56,801 nucleotides of DNA from the NCBI GenBank assembly GCA_018304165.1, contig JAGVWS010000034.1:1-56801 (forward strand), given 5' to 3'. A program made the translations under genes and the position numbers. The notes below the pieces were generated by a model. That model worked only from the letters and a program-made list of their open reading frames with translations. It was not told where the DNA came from and ran no database searches. Below are positions 41,863-50,438 of this stretch, in pieces; position 1 is the stretch's first letter, and every line of letters starts with the position of its first letter. The stretch comes from Candidatus Pacearchaeota archaeon (GTDB lineage Archaea; Nanobdellota; Nanobdellia; Pacearchaeales; GW2011-AR1).

Positions 41863-43032
41863 TTATTTAATAATCCTTTCAAGCAGTTCTCTCTCGCTCA
41901 GCATCTCTTCTTTTCCAGTCTTCATATCTCTTAGCTTTAATTTTCGCTTCTTTACTTCTTCAGCTCCTATGAAGATGACTTTTGAGATGTTATAAGAGTT
42001 TGCATATTCCAGAGCTCTGCTTATCCCTTTGTCTGTCCATAAAGAAACTATGACTTTGTTCTTTCTTAGCTTCTCGGCGAGCTTAATTGATTTTTCGTCC
42101 TGCCCTATGTTTATTATCAGGACTTTTTTTTCGCTGACGCTGACTTTAGCAAGTTGCGTTAGTCTTTCTAAACCTGTACTATACCCAAATGATTGCATGC
42201 CATTAACGGAAAAACTTCCTCCTCCCGCTATGGTTTCTTTCATCCCCCTTCCCTTAACCTCAAAAATATTTCCGTTGTAGTATGAAAGTCCGCGGGCGAG
42301 GGTTGGCTTGAAGACCGGCTTGATGCCGTATAGAGCAGAAGTTTCAATAAGTTCTTTTATTTCAGAGTATCCTGAATACTTCTTAAAGAAACTTAAGGGC
42401 TTTTGGAGAATCCTGAAGAGTTTTATAATCTTATCCTTGTCTATGAATTTGGTCATTTCCAGCTTGACAGCGTCCTCGCCCTGCCTGTCTATTTTATCTA
42501 TCTGCCTTAAGACATATTCAGCGTTTTCTATTCCTGCAGATTTTATAACTGAATTCATCAATTTTCTTGAATTGACCTGTATTTCTGCTTCTATTTTGAA
42601 TTCCTGGCAGATTTTATTTATTGTGGCAAGGACTTCTGCTTCATCCTTAATGGTAGAGCCTATGATATCAACATCACATTGAGTTATCTGGCGGAACCTG
42701 TTTGAAGCAACAGGCTCATCACGAAAAACAGGGCCGATCTGGTACCTTTTGTACGGGAGTTTTTTGTTTTTGGCTATCCTCTTTAGCTGAAATGTAAATT
42801 CATATCTTAGAGCAAGGCTTCTTTCGCCCTTGTCTCTAAGCTTAAAAATGTTTGACACTGCTTCATCGTATTCGTTGTCTCCCTTTACGAATTCTTCAAA
42901 TTCTATTATTGGAGTTTCAGCCGGCTCAAAGCCGTAGAGCTTGAAAATGTCCTCAATTTTTCTTCTTACTATCTCGCGCTTTTCGGCTTCCTCTCCGATG
43001 TAATCCACGAATCCCCTGACTGTTTCTGTCAT
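41863..43032 (-). CDS. hisS: Histidyl-tRNA synthetase
   Basis: Class II motif 2 region YQIGPVFRDEPVASNRFRQITQCDVDIIG, motif 3 region AGGGSF, C-terminal anticodon-binding domain (VLIINIG...VIFIGAEE). Confidence 0.8.
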   Translation of the reverse strand: MTETVRGFVDYIGEEAEKREIVRRKIEDIFKLYGFEPAETPIIEFEEFVKGDNEYDEAVSNIFKLRDKGERSLALRYEFTFQLKRIAKNKKLPYKRYQIGPVFRDEPVASNRFRQITQCDVDIIGSTIKDEAEVLATINKICQEFKIEAEIQVNSRKLMNSVIKSAGIENAEYVLRQIDKIDRQGEDAVKLEMTKFIDKDKIIKLFRILQKPLSFFKKYSGYSEIKELIETSALYGIKPVFKPTLARGLSYYNGNIFEVKGRGMKETIAGGGSFSVNGMQSFGYSTGLERLTQLAKVSVSEKKVLIINIGQDEKSIKLAEKLRKNKVIVSLWTDKGISRALEYANSYNISKVIFIGAEEVKKRKLKLRDMKTGKEEMLSERELLERIIK

Positions 43033-43487
43033 TTTAATACCCTGTTTTTCTGATTTAATTCTTTGCTGAACACTTCAACTTCATCACTCTTGGAAAAACC
43101 CAATTTATTATACAATTTATAAGCACCGGATTTATTATTAGAAAAGAACATTACCCTCTTAAAACCTCTGCTTTTAGCATAATCAACCATCCAATTCATC
43201 ATGAAAGTGCCAATGCCCCTGCCCCTGAAATTTTTATCAACAGCCATCTCCTCACCAAACATGACCTCTCCGGGCTTCCAAAGATTAGGATTGAGAACTA
43301 GGAAGCCAGCAAGCTCTTTATCATAGAGTATTGAAAAAACTTCACAATACTTGGAAAAAAGCTTCAGCTTATCAAGAGTCTGCCCGGAAGTCCAGCCCTC
43401 ATTATAGGGAGGCTCATTAAATCCATCGCGATAGATGATTGCAAGCCTGGGAAAATCTGAAGCAGCAGTCTTTTTAACAGTTATCAT
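43029..43487 (-). CDS. GNAT family N-acetyltransferase
   Basis: Motif A VDKNFRGRGIGTFMMNW; 4-nt overlap with hisS. Confidence 0.8.
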   Translation of the reverse strand: MITVKKTAASDFPRLAIIYRDGFNEPPYNEGWTSGQTLDKLKLFSKYCEVFSILYDKELAGFLVLNPNLWKPGEVMFGEEMAVDKNFRGRGIGTFMMNWMVDYAKSRGFKRVMFFSNNKSGAYKLYNKLGFSKSDEVEVFSKELNQKNRVLK

Positions 43488-43534
43488 TTTCTCACCTCTT
43501 CAGTAAATGTCCGACTCCCGGCTAAAGTATTAAG

Positions 43535-43606
43535 GGCGGTAGGAGGGAATCGAACCCTCGTCTCGCGAGCCACAGTCGCACGCACTACCATTGTGCTACA
43601 ACCGCC
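43535..43606 (-). tRNA. tRNA-His (GUG) with genomically encoded G-1
   Basis: G-1 + acceptor GCGGTTG/CTACCGC + discriminator C, anticodon stem TGCGA/TCGCG with loop CTGTGGC, T arm GAGGG-TTCGATT-CCCTC. Confidence 0.85.
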
Positions 43607-43611
43607 ATACA

Positions 43612-43631
43612 TCAAGATTGATAAATCTTGA
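43612..43631. other. Single TCAAGATT-gata-AATCTTGA hairpin abutting the tRNA-His 5' end
   Basis: 8-bp stem identical to hairpin 2 of the 38740 element, 5 nt from the tRNA-His G-1. Confidence 0.5.
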
Positions 43632-43787
43632 GGCCTAAAAATTTTACAATTTTTAAGTTTATTATACTTACGAATAGAGGATAGTTGTTTAAAAGTTTTA
43701 TTAATCAATCTCGGAGAGCTGCAACTAGAGAAATTATTACTTCGGACAATGAACACAGTTCCAAGTTTTAGTATTCATACTACCTGT

Positions 43788-44465
43788 TTAACTATTATCC
43801 TTTATAAGCTTTTCCAGGAGCTTGTTAACAACTGCTCTTGTCATGAAGACCATTATAAGAGCGGCAGAATACCATATTAACGGATAGAAGGGATTTGTCC
43901 ATGGAGATTCACTGCAGAATCTGTAAACACAGTTGACATTGCTGGACGGAGAAGTGAAAATTAGAGTAGTCAGGTAGATAAAAGTTATCTCGATAACGCT
44001 TATGAGAACGCCCTTGTTGTTAGTCCTGATTGGTTTGCCAATAAGGAATACCGCGGCAATAACGAGGGGCAGGAGATAGACATGCTGGAGGCTGACAATT
44101 TTAACAAGGACATTGGTTTCCCTAAAAAAGTAATCAACTATTCCTAAGAATGATCTGCCTGACAATAACCTTACAAGAAAATCAATAACCCATATTACAT
44201 CAGGAATCAGGAGAATATACATCTGGCTTTTAATTAAGGGTATATTTCTGATGATTATTCCCAATCCAAGAAGAATCATGCCAATATAGCAAAACCAAAA
44301 AATATCATAAATCCTGTTGAAATAAAAAGCATTGAATATTCCGATAACTCCTACTAATAAGATAATGACTCCTGTAATATTCAGGATAATATTCTTTGAC
44401 ATTACTTTTATTTCTGCATTCTTTTTATTATAGTCAAAGACTTCAGTAGTTGAACAGTCAGTCAT
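43788..44465 (-). CDS. Polytopic membrane protein, hypothetical
   Basis: Six or so hydrophobic helices across 225 aa. Confidence 0.6.
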   Translation of the reverse strand: MTDCSTTEVFDYNKKNAEIKVMSKNIILNITGVIILLVGVIGIFNAFYFNRIYDIFWFCYIGMILLGLGIIIRNIPLIKSQMYILLIPDVIWVIDFLVRLLSGRSFLGIVDYFFRETNVLVKIVSLQHVYLLPLVIAAVFLIGKPIRTNNKGVLISVIEITFIYLTTLIFTSPSSNVNCVYRFCSESPWTNPFYPLIWYSAALIMVFMTRAVVNKLLEKLIKDNS

Positions 44466-44521
44466 TGACTATCAGGGGAAAGACATGTAATTTTGAGGAA
44501 TTATTTACATCTTTCACTATA
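44425..44521 (-). repeat. Promoter/5'-end module of the membrane-protein gene; master copy of the repeat at 14626-14722
   Basis: See 14626-14722; TAGTGAAAGATGTAAT is locally duplicated (44506-44540). Confidence 0.75.
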
Positions 44522-44752
44522 ATTACATCTTTCACTATAATTATTAATATCCTGTGCCTGCTATAACTTAAGTTTATCTGTTAATTCCTGCCAATTGCTA
44601 TTCTGCCTATTAGTTTTATGCTCTTGGTTTTATTAATTGTTAATTTATAGCAGATGACTTAATAAATTGAGCATTTTTGTCATTTGCTATATTCGGAAAA
44701 CATAAATGAGAGTGCTCAATTATTTATGTTTTATGTTATATAGCTTGGTTTA

Positions 44753-45595
44753 TCAAGCAAATGAAACTAATGTAAAATTAGCTATCCTGTTAATAGCAGG
44801 AATGGCATAGCCTGAGGGAAGGGCGAAGCCGATGTTTTCCGCCCCGCTTATCTTGAAGTTGTTGATGCCGATGACTTTTCCATCGGTGTTGATTAAAGGC
44901 CCGCCGGAGTTGCCTGGATTGAGAGCAACGTCTGTCTGGATGTAGCGGGCATTGGAGAAACCTTCAACTTCCCTGTTTTCGGAGCTTATTATTCCTTCTG
45001 TGACTGAAAAGGAAAGCCCGAGAGGGTTACCGATGGCTATAACTTTCTCTCCGACGCTGACATCTTCAGAAAATTCCAGTGGCTCAAAGGAGCCGTCTAT
45101 TTTGAGGAGGGCTATATCTAAATCAACATCATAATCAACAAGTTCTGCATACTGCGCTTTCTTGCTATAATCTATTACCTGTGCATAGCGGGCATATTCA
45201 AGGACATGCGCATTTGTAACAACGTAACCATCACTGCTGATAATGAAGCCCGTTCCCTGAGCGGCATTAGTCCTTATGCTGACAACACTCCGGACAGCGT
45301 CTTCAATAATGCCTGAAAAATCAGCGCTGGTGCGTGCCTTTAAGGAGCTAATCTCAGATTTAAGATTAGTGATGTTTGATGTGGTTTCAAGAAGGGAATC
45401 TGACAGCTCATTAATTTTTGAGCTGGTGTCAATGTTGTACTTGTCAATTTTGTCGTCTATCAGGGAAAGATTGCTGCTGAAGCCTGCACTTAGAGAGCTA
45501 ATACTTGAACTGAAGTAAAAAATCGTGAAGATTTGGGAGGCAATTAGAATAATTATTATGGAATAAAATATATAATATTCTTTTTTAGCAATCAT
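44753..45595 (-). CDS. Membrane-anchored trypsin-like (S1C/HtrA-type) serine protease without PDZ domain
   Basis: N-terminal TM; catalytic triad contexts VVTNAHV, DLDIALLKI, NPGNSGGPLIN. Confidence 0.85.
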   Translation of the reverse strand: MIAKKEYYIFYSIIIILIASQIFTIFYFSSSISSLSAGFSSNLSLIDDKIDKYNIDTSSKINELSDSLLETTSNITNLKSEISSLKARTSADFSGIIEDAVRSVVSIRTNAAQGTGFIISSDGYVVTNAHVLEYARYAQVIDYSKKAQYAELVDYDVDLDIALLKIDGSFEPLEFSEDVSVGEKVIAIGNPLGLSFSVTEGIISSENREVEGFSNARYIQTDVALNPGNSGGPLINTDGKVIGINNFKISGAENIGFALPSGYAIPAINRIANFTLVSFA

Positions 45596-45736
45596 GATTC
45601 ATGAAACGAAAATTTGTTTAAATATGTTATGAAAGAGGAATCAGGAAAACTGGCAAAATGGTAAGACGCCACAACCATCATCGAGACCTTTTTGGCATAA
45701 TTAAGGGGCATGGCAAATTAAAGTTAAGGAATCCTA

Positions 45737-47200
45737 TTAAACAAAAGAGAATGTAGTTATAGGGATGTAGATAATATTGTCTTCTTTTTTTATTGTCTGG
45801 CATTTGCATATCACAATACCATATTTTGAGTTGAACTTTTTAATAGCCTTTTTAACCTGACTTCCATCCTTTGAGCCATAACCAACTTCAACAGGAATAA
45901 TATTTTCTTTTGAATCCTGAATTAGAAAATCAACTCCCCCATCATCTGAGTCATAAAAGATTCCTGTTGGTTTATTAAAAGTTTCCTTCATTCTAATAAA
46001 GTAGGAAGCAACTAAGTTTTCTACAAGAACACCAAACATTTCATGATTATTCCTATCAAAGGACCCAAGTTTAAACCTTATAGCAGAGTTTATAGAAGGT
46101 GATAAGAAATAATATTTCCATGGTTTTCTAACTAATTTTCCGGCACCTGCATAGGGTTTTATGCTGAATATTAGCTGGGTTTTTTCCAGAATGTTTAAAA
46201 TGCCTCTAATCTGCTTGGAAGATGTTTCTAAATGCTTCGCTAACTTTGCATCTGATGTGCCTCCGGGACTTTGCGAGGCTAGAAAGTAGATTATTCTCTT
46301 TATCACCTCCTGGGATTCTGACTTAAATGAATATACAGAAAATATATCTTTTTCTATTACCCTGTCAATCATACTTATTATTCTTTCATAAACTTCTTTT
46401 TCTTCAAAATCCAGACTAAAGGGCATGTCATTAAAAGAGATGAACGATAAAAATTCGTGATGGATGTCTTTTTTTATTTTTGATGATAGTTTTATTATTT
46501 CCATCTCTTTTCTGGAAATTTCTTTAATAATGGCATCGCTTGGACTGAATATTAAAGATTTAATTAATTCGCTTATTTCACTAATTTCAAGCCCGTATTT
46601 TAACAATAAATATTCTGGGAAGTTAAGTGGAAACACTTTTTCTTTCAAAGACCTTCTTGCAAGATCTGGGCTTATTTCCATACTTAAGGCTGATGAGCCT
46701 GTAATAGCCAGGAATATGTTTTTTGACTGGTCAGATATTACTTTTGCCGTTCTATCCCAGTTTTCATCAAAATGAGCTTCATCTATTAATATGAATAATT
46801 TCTCTTTAAGAAAAACCGGGGAAGTTTTTATCACTTCGTCAAAAAATACATTAAGCATTTCAGATATGGATGAGCCCATAAAGTCTTTTAGTTCATCTGT
46901 TGAGAAATATATAACTTTTTCTTCTTTCAAGCCTTTATTTTTTGTCAGAAAGTTATAAAGCTGAAGCAAAATAGTAGTTTTTCCAACCCCTCGCAATCCC
47001 GGCAGGATAATAATTCTCCTTTCAGCAGAGCCTTTCTCTTCATTAATAAAAGATTCTGCATATTTCTGAAGTTTAAAAAAAGCATTTCTATGAGGCAATT
47101 GCTTATTGTTGGCATAAATCCTGCTTTCTGAAAAGGCCGGAGCCTGAGCTATCTTTGCATTTATATATCTCACCAGTTCACGTTTTTTATCTTCATCCAT
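45737..47200 (-). CDS. AAA ATPase with C-terminal restriction-endonuclease-like (DUF4143-type) domain
   Basis: Walker A LPGLRGVGKTT, Walker B LFILIDEAH; C-terminal GVDFLI...IIPVEVGYG PD-(D/E)xK-like motif. Confidence 0.75.
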   Translation of the reverse strand: MDEDKKRELVRYINAKIAQAPAFSESRIYANNKQLPHRNAFFKLQKYAESFINEEKGSAERRIIILPGLRGVGKTTILLQLYNFLTKNKGLKEEKVIYFSTDELKDFMGSSISEMLNVFFDEVIKTSPVFLKEKLFILIDEAHFDENWDRTAKVISDQSKNIFLAITGSSALSMEISPDLARRSLKEKVFPLNFPEYLLLKYGLEISEISELIKSLIFSPSDAIIKEISRKEMEIIKLSSKIKKDIHHEFLSFISFNDMPFSLDFEEKEVYERIISMIDRVIEKDIFSVYSFKSESQEVIKRIIYFLASQSPGGTSDAKLAKHLETSSKQIRGILNILEKTQLIFSIKPYAGAGKLVRKPWKYYFLSPSINSAIRFKLGSFDRNNHEMFGVLVENLVASYFIRMKETFNKPTGIFYDSDDGGVDFLIQDSKENIIPVEVGYGSKDGSQVKKAIKKFNSKYGIVICKCQTIKKEDNIIYIPITTFSFV

Positions 47201-47470
47201 TGTTTCTTATAGGAAACATATCTTTATAAACATATGCTTCTTCAAAGAAATAAGACTATTTAAGCCTTTCTGTTAAAGAATGGAGAGGATACTAATGATG
47301 TTGGTGTTGTATAAAAAATAATTAATGTTTTGATAACTTCCAGGTTAAATCAAAAATATTCCTTTGAAATCTTGCGTTTTTCCTCTTTAATATAAAAAAT
47401 CCCTGCGAAATCACAAAATAATATTACGCCCCCACCGCCGAAGGAGTCATCAGTGCATCTGGCAGTGATA

Positions 47471-48373
47471 TCAAAATCTTATATCTGCTACTTGCATTAT
47501 CCTTATTAGGAATTCTATGAATAGTCTTAGGTTTCCCTTTATTTGTGCTTCTTCAAGTGCTTTGAAGTAGTTATCTCTTTCTTTGTTTGGTATGTTAATC
47601 ATTGGATAATTGTTTTTTCTTAGTATTAGGTTCATTAGCATTCTTCCTGTTCTTCCGTTTCCATCAACAAAAGGGTGCACTGTCTCAAAGGCTGTGTGAA
47701 AATATGCGGCTAGTATTAAAGGATGTAGCTTCTTCTTGTTTTTTGAGTACCATGATAGTAAAGAACCTATCTCTTTAGCTACTTCTTCTGGTTTTGGTGG
47801 TAACCACTCTGTCCCTCTAATGTATACTTGAACTTCCCTAAACTTTCCTAGTTGAGACTTAACATCTTCTCTTAGGGTGTTCTTAGCTATCAACTTATGA
47901 ATTCCCAACATTAACTGCTTGTTTATATCTCCTTTATATTTTAGTATATAATCAAAGGCTTCTCTATGATTCAAAACTTCATTTATCTCCCTAACTGACT
48001 TGCCTTGAGGTGCCCTACCTTCAAATAATAAACTTGCAGTCTCTTGAAGAGTTAAAGTATTCCCCTCTATTGCAGTAGAGTTATGAGTAAATAATGAACA
48101 AAAAGCTTCATATCTATTATGAGAAGTTTCCTTAGGCTCTTTTAAATAATCAACTTTTATTTTTTCTAATAATTCTATCTCTTTTTTTGATAAAAGGTTC
48201 TCTAAAAGCATTAATTCCTTATCAGCTTCCTTCTCGGCTTCACCCAACTTTTTCTTTTGTAAATCAACCCCCAAATACTTTCTCTCTTTTGCAACCTTTC
48301 CATCCTTTCTCACAGACTTAACTCGATAATAATACTTTTTTCCACCAACTTCTTTAATTTCTGTATATACCAT
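47471..48373 (-). CDS. Fic family protein with N-terminal module shared with MntA (5112-5558)
   Basis: Fic motif HPFVDGNGRTGR; N-terminus MVYTEIKEVGGKKYYYRVKSVRKDGKVAKERKYLG. Confidence 0.85.
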   Translation of the reverse strand: MVYTEIKEVGGKKYYYRVKSVRKDGKVAKERKYLGVDLQKKKLGEAEKEADKELMLLENLLSKKEIELLEKIKVDYLKEPKETSHNRYEAFCSLFTHNSTAIEGNTLTLQETASLLFEGRAPQGKSVREINEVLNHREAFDYILKYKGDINKQLMLGIHKLIAKNTLREDVKSQLGKFREVQVYIRGTEWLPPKPEEVAKEIGSLLSWYSKNKKKLHPLILAAYFHTAFETVHPFVDGNGRTGRMLMNLILRKNNYPMINIPNKERDNYFKALEEAQIKGNLRLFIEFLIRIMQVADIRF

Positions 48374-48386
48374 AATAACCTTATGT

Positions 48387-48422
48387 GTCTACAAGTATTT
48401 AAATATTACTATAGTAGTAGAC
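48387..48422 (-). promoter_or_regulatory. Palindromic operator bracketing the TATA box of the Fic gene
   Basis: GTCTAC (48387-48392) and GTAGAC (48417-48422) flank a 24-nt spacer containing ATTTAAATA, ~27 nt from the ATG at 48373. Confidence 0.55.
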
Positions 48423-48604
48423 GTAATGAAATACTCTTTAGTGCAGATTAAAGGGGTAACAAATTGATTGTTGTTATTTTTTTGCTAGTTTCCATAAAAG
48501 TTCAAATTGTTGTATGAATGAGCTAGCAACTTCTTTTGACTCAATCGTTATCGTGATTAATAGCTCTTTAGCTTTATAAAGACCTCTATAAATGAGAATA
48601 GAGA

Positions 48605-49291
48605 TTAATTCTTTGAACAAATGTAAATTAATTTGTAGTTTAAGTCAGCTTTCCCCTTGATTATCTTATTTATTTTAAAGTTAGATTTCCTTAAAGATTC
48701 TTCAATTTCATTTTTGGAATAATCATGATGAATTCCTTTAGAGCACAAAAAATCATAAATTCTATCTCCATAAATAAAATTGGAATTAGATAAATTAGAA
48801 ACATATTGTTTTAAATGTTGTAAAAAGAATCTTAGGTTAGTATTACGATTACCTACTGTACAAATCAAAATCCCCCTTCTTTTCAAAATACGATAACATT
48901 CCATTAACGTTTTTTGTCTATTCTCTTTTCCAGGTATCGATCCCAGACTGTCTCCTAAGAGAAGGATGGTGTCATAAGTTGCATTCTTTTTCTTTATTGA
49001 GGTTGCATCCCCATCATTTATTTTAATTTTTATATTTTCCTTCTTAGCAAACGCCTTTGCTTCCCTAATCATCCCTTTGGAGAAATCAATTCCTTCAATG
49101 TTATATCCTTGTTTAGTAAGCGGAATCAAATATCTGCCCGTACCACAACAAAGATCCAAGGTCTTCCCTTTCTTTTTTGCATATTTTATTATAAGATTAA
49201 ACTCCATTCCTTTTGTTTTGTTCTTTAGGAACTTAGCATAATCATTTGAGATAGTATCACAGAATTCTCTCATATTAACTTGTGAAGTCAT
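48605..49291 (-). CDS. Class I SAM-dependent methyltransferase
   Basis: Motif I TLDLCCGTGRY, motif II/post-I EGIDFS. Confidence 0.8.
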   Translation of the reverse strand: MTSQVNMREFCDTISNDYAKFLKNKTKGMEFNLIIKYAKKKGKTLDLCCGTGRYLIPLTKQGYNIEGIDFSKGMIREAKAFAKKENIKIKINDGDATSIKKKNATYDTILLLGDSLGSIPGKENRQKTLMECYRILKRRGILICTVGNRNTNLRFFLQHLKQYVSNLSNSNFIYGDRIYDFLCSKGIHHDYSKNEIEESLRKSNFKINKIIKGKADLNYKLIYICSKN

Positions 49292-49575
49292 GATTTTATG
49301 ACAATGAATATCTTTATAACAATTTCCTTTAAATTAACTCCTACTTTTCCTACACAAAAAATTTATATATCTACTTTTATGAGTGATGTTACAATGAATA
49401 GAAAAACAGACAGAATAAGCTCTGAGACTAATGCATCTCAAATGGTCGGGAGGTTTCTTTTTCTATTCGCAAGTATGAACTCCAAACTTGCTTAGTTAAT
49501 CTTTCTAAAGAAAGGCTTACTTCTAAACAAAAACAAATATTATCTTGCTTAAAGAATAATAGTGAGCAGATTAAT

Positions 49576-49752
49576 GTGACTAACTTTGTCTCTTCTATTT
49601 CTACAGTTATAAATTGTTCAAAATCTACAATTTGGCTCAATATAAAACAACTAAAAAGAGCAGAACTTTTGGAATACAGTAATTCAAAAAATAAAGGTTC
49701 TCCAATTTCTTTAACAAAAATAGGAAAAGCTATTTTGGGGGGACTAGAATGA
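49576..49752 (+). CDS. Winged-HTH regulator (5' end uncertain; frame is open from 49432 but has no ATG/GTG/TTG before 49576)
   Basis: Frame reads LSKERLTSKQKQILSCLKNN...NFVSSISTVINCSKSTIWLNIKQLKRAELLEYSNSKNKGSPISLTKIGKAILGG, a typical MarR/TrmB-like wHTH; the stop overlaps the next ATG (ATGA). Confidence 0.55.
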   Translation: MTNFVSSISTVINCSKSTIWLNIKQLKRAELLEYSNSKNKGSPISLTKIGKAILGGLE

Positions 49753-50438
49753 CTTCCAATGCAGAGTCTGAAGTAAGAAAAGACATAGAAACTAGAGGTT
49801 TAGAATTGGAGGTTATCAAACCCGCTGAAAAAGGTAGAAGGTCTCTCTGGATGGATGCTCTAATAAAAGAATTTCATGAGATTGCAGTAGACTCCTTTGG
49901 GAGGTGGTTACCTTTTGAAGCAATTGATGGACGTACTAGAGATGCTGATCTCTTATTAGTCTTAAGAGATAAAGGCAGCAGAGCGGTCGGATATACAGTT
50001 AACGAACTTCTAACACTCAATGGTACAAAAACTAACTATTTCGCAACTGGACTTTTAAGAAGAGACATTCAAGGAAATGGCCTCTATGGCCCCCTAAATC
50101 ATTTAAGGTCTGTTGCAATCCCAAGCGAAGCTCTGATGACAAGAACTCAAAGCCCTGTTGTTTACAGAGGGTTTACTAAGATTTGCAGTCATCAAGGACT
50201 TCAGGTAAATCCTAACGGAGTTAGCCCATCCCCCAAAGCATTGGATATCGCTAAAGCCTTCTGCGGTAAAACAGGAGAAGATTTCATTGTTAAGGGAGTT
50301 TATAATTTCGGTGAGGGTGGAAGAGCGTTAATGTATGACACCCCAGAACCAAAAACAGACATCGAAAAGAAAATTTGGAGTAGATTAAAAATAAATAATG
50401 GTGATGCAGTTATCATTGTTGGAGTTAAAGATGAGTAA
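49749..50438 (+). CDS. GNAT-like acyltransferase-fold protein, divergent
   Basis: LLRRDIQGNGLYGPL resembles GNAT motif A (R/Q-x-x-G-x-G/A) after a beta-strand run (LLLVLRDKGSRAVGYTV); otherwise unrecognised. Confidence 0.45.
   Translation: MTSNAESEVRKDIETRGLELEVIKPAEKGRRSLWMDALIKEFHEIAVDSFGRWLPFEAIDGRTRDADLLLVLRDKGSRAVGYTVNELLTLNGTKTNYFATGLLRRDIQGNGLYGPLNHLRSVAIPSEALMTRTQSPVVYRGFTKICSHQGLQVNPNGVSPSPKALDIAKAFCGKTGEDFIVKGVYNFGEGGRALMYDTPEPKTDIEKKIWSRLKINNGDAVIIVGVKDE

Noticed and set aside
49298-49640. ORFs 49298-49495 (+) and 49428-49640 (-)
   Set aside because: Their translations look random, whereas the third frame on the + strand encodes a clear winged-HTH ending in an ATGA overlap with the next gene. 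That frame is preferred despite its missing canonical start.
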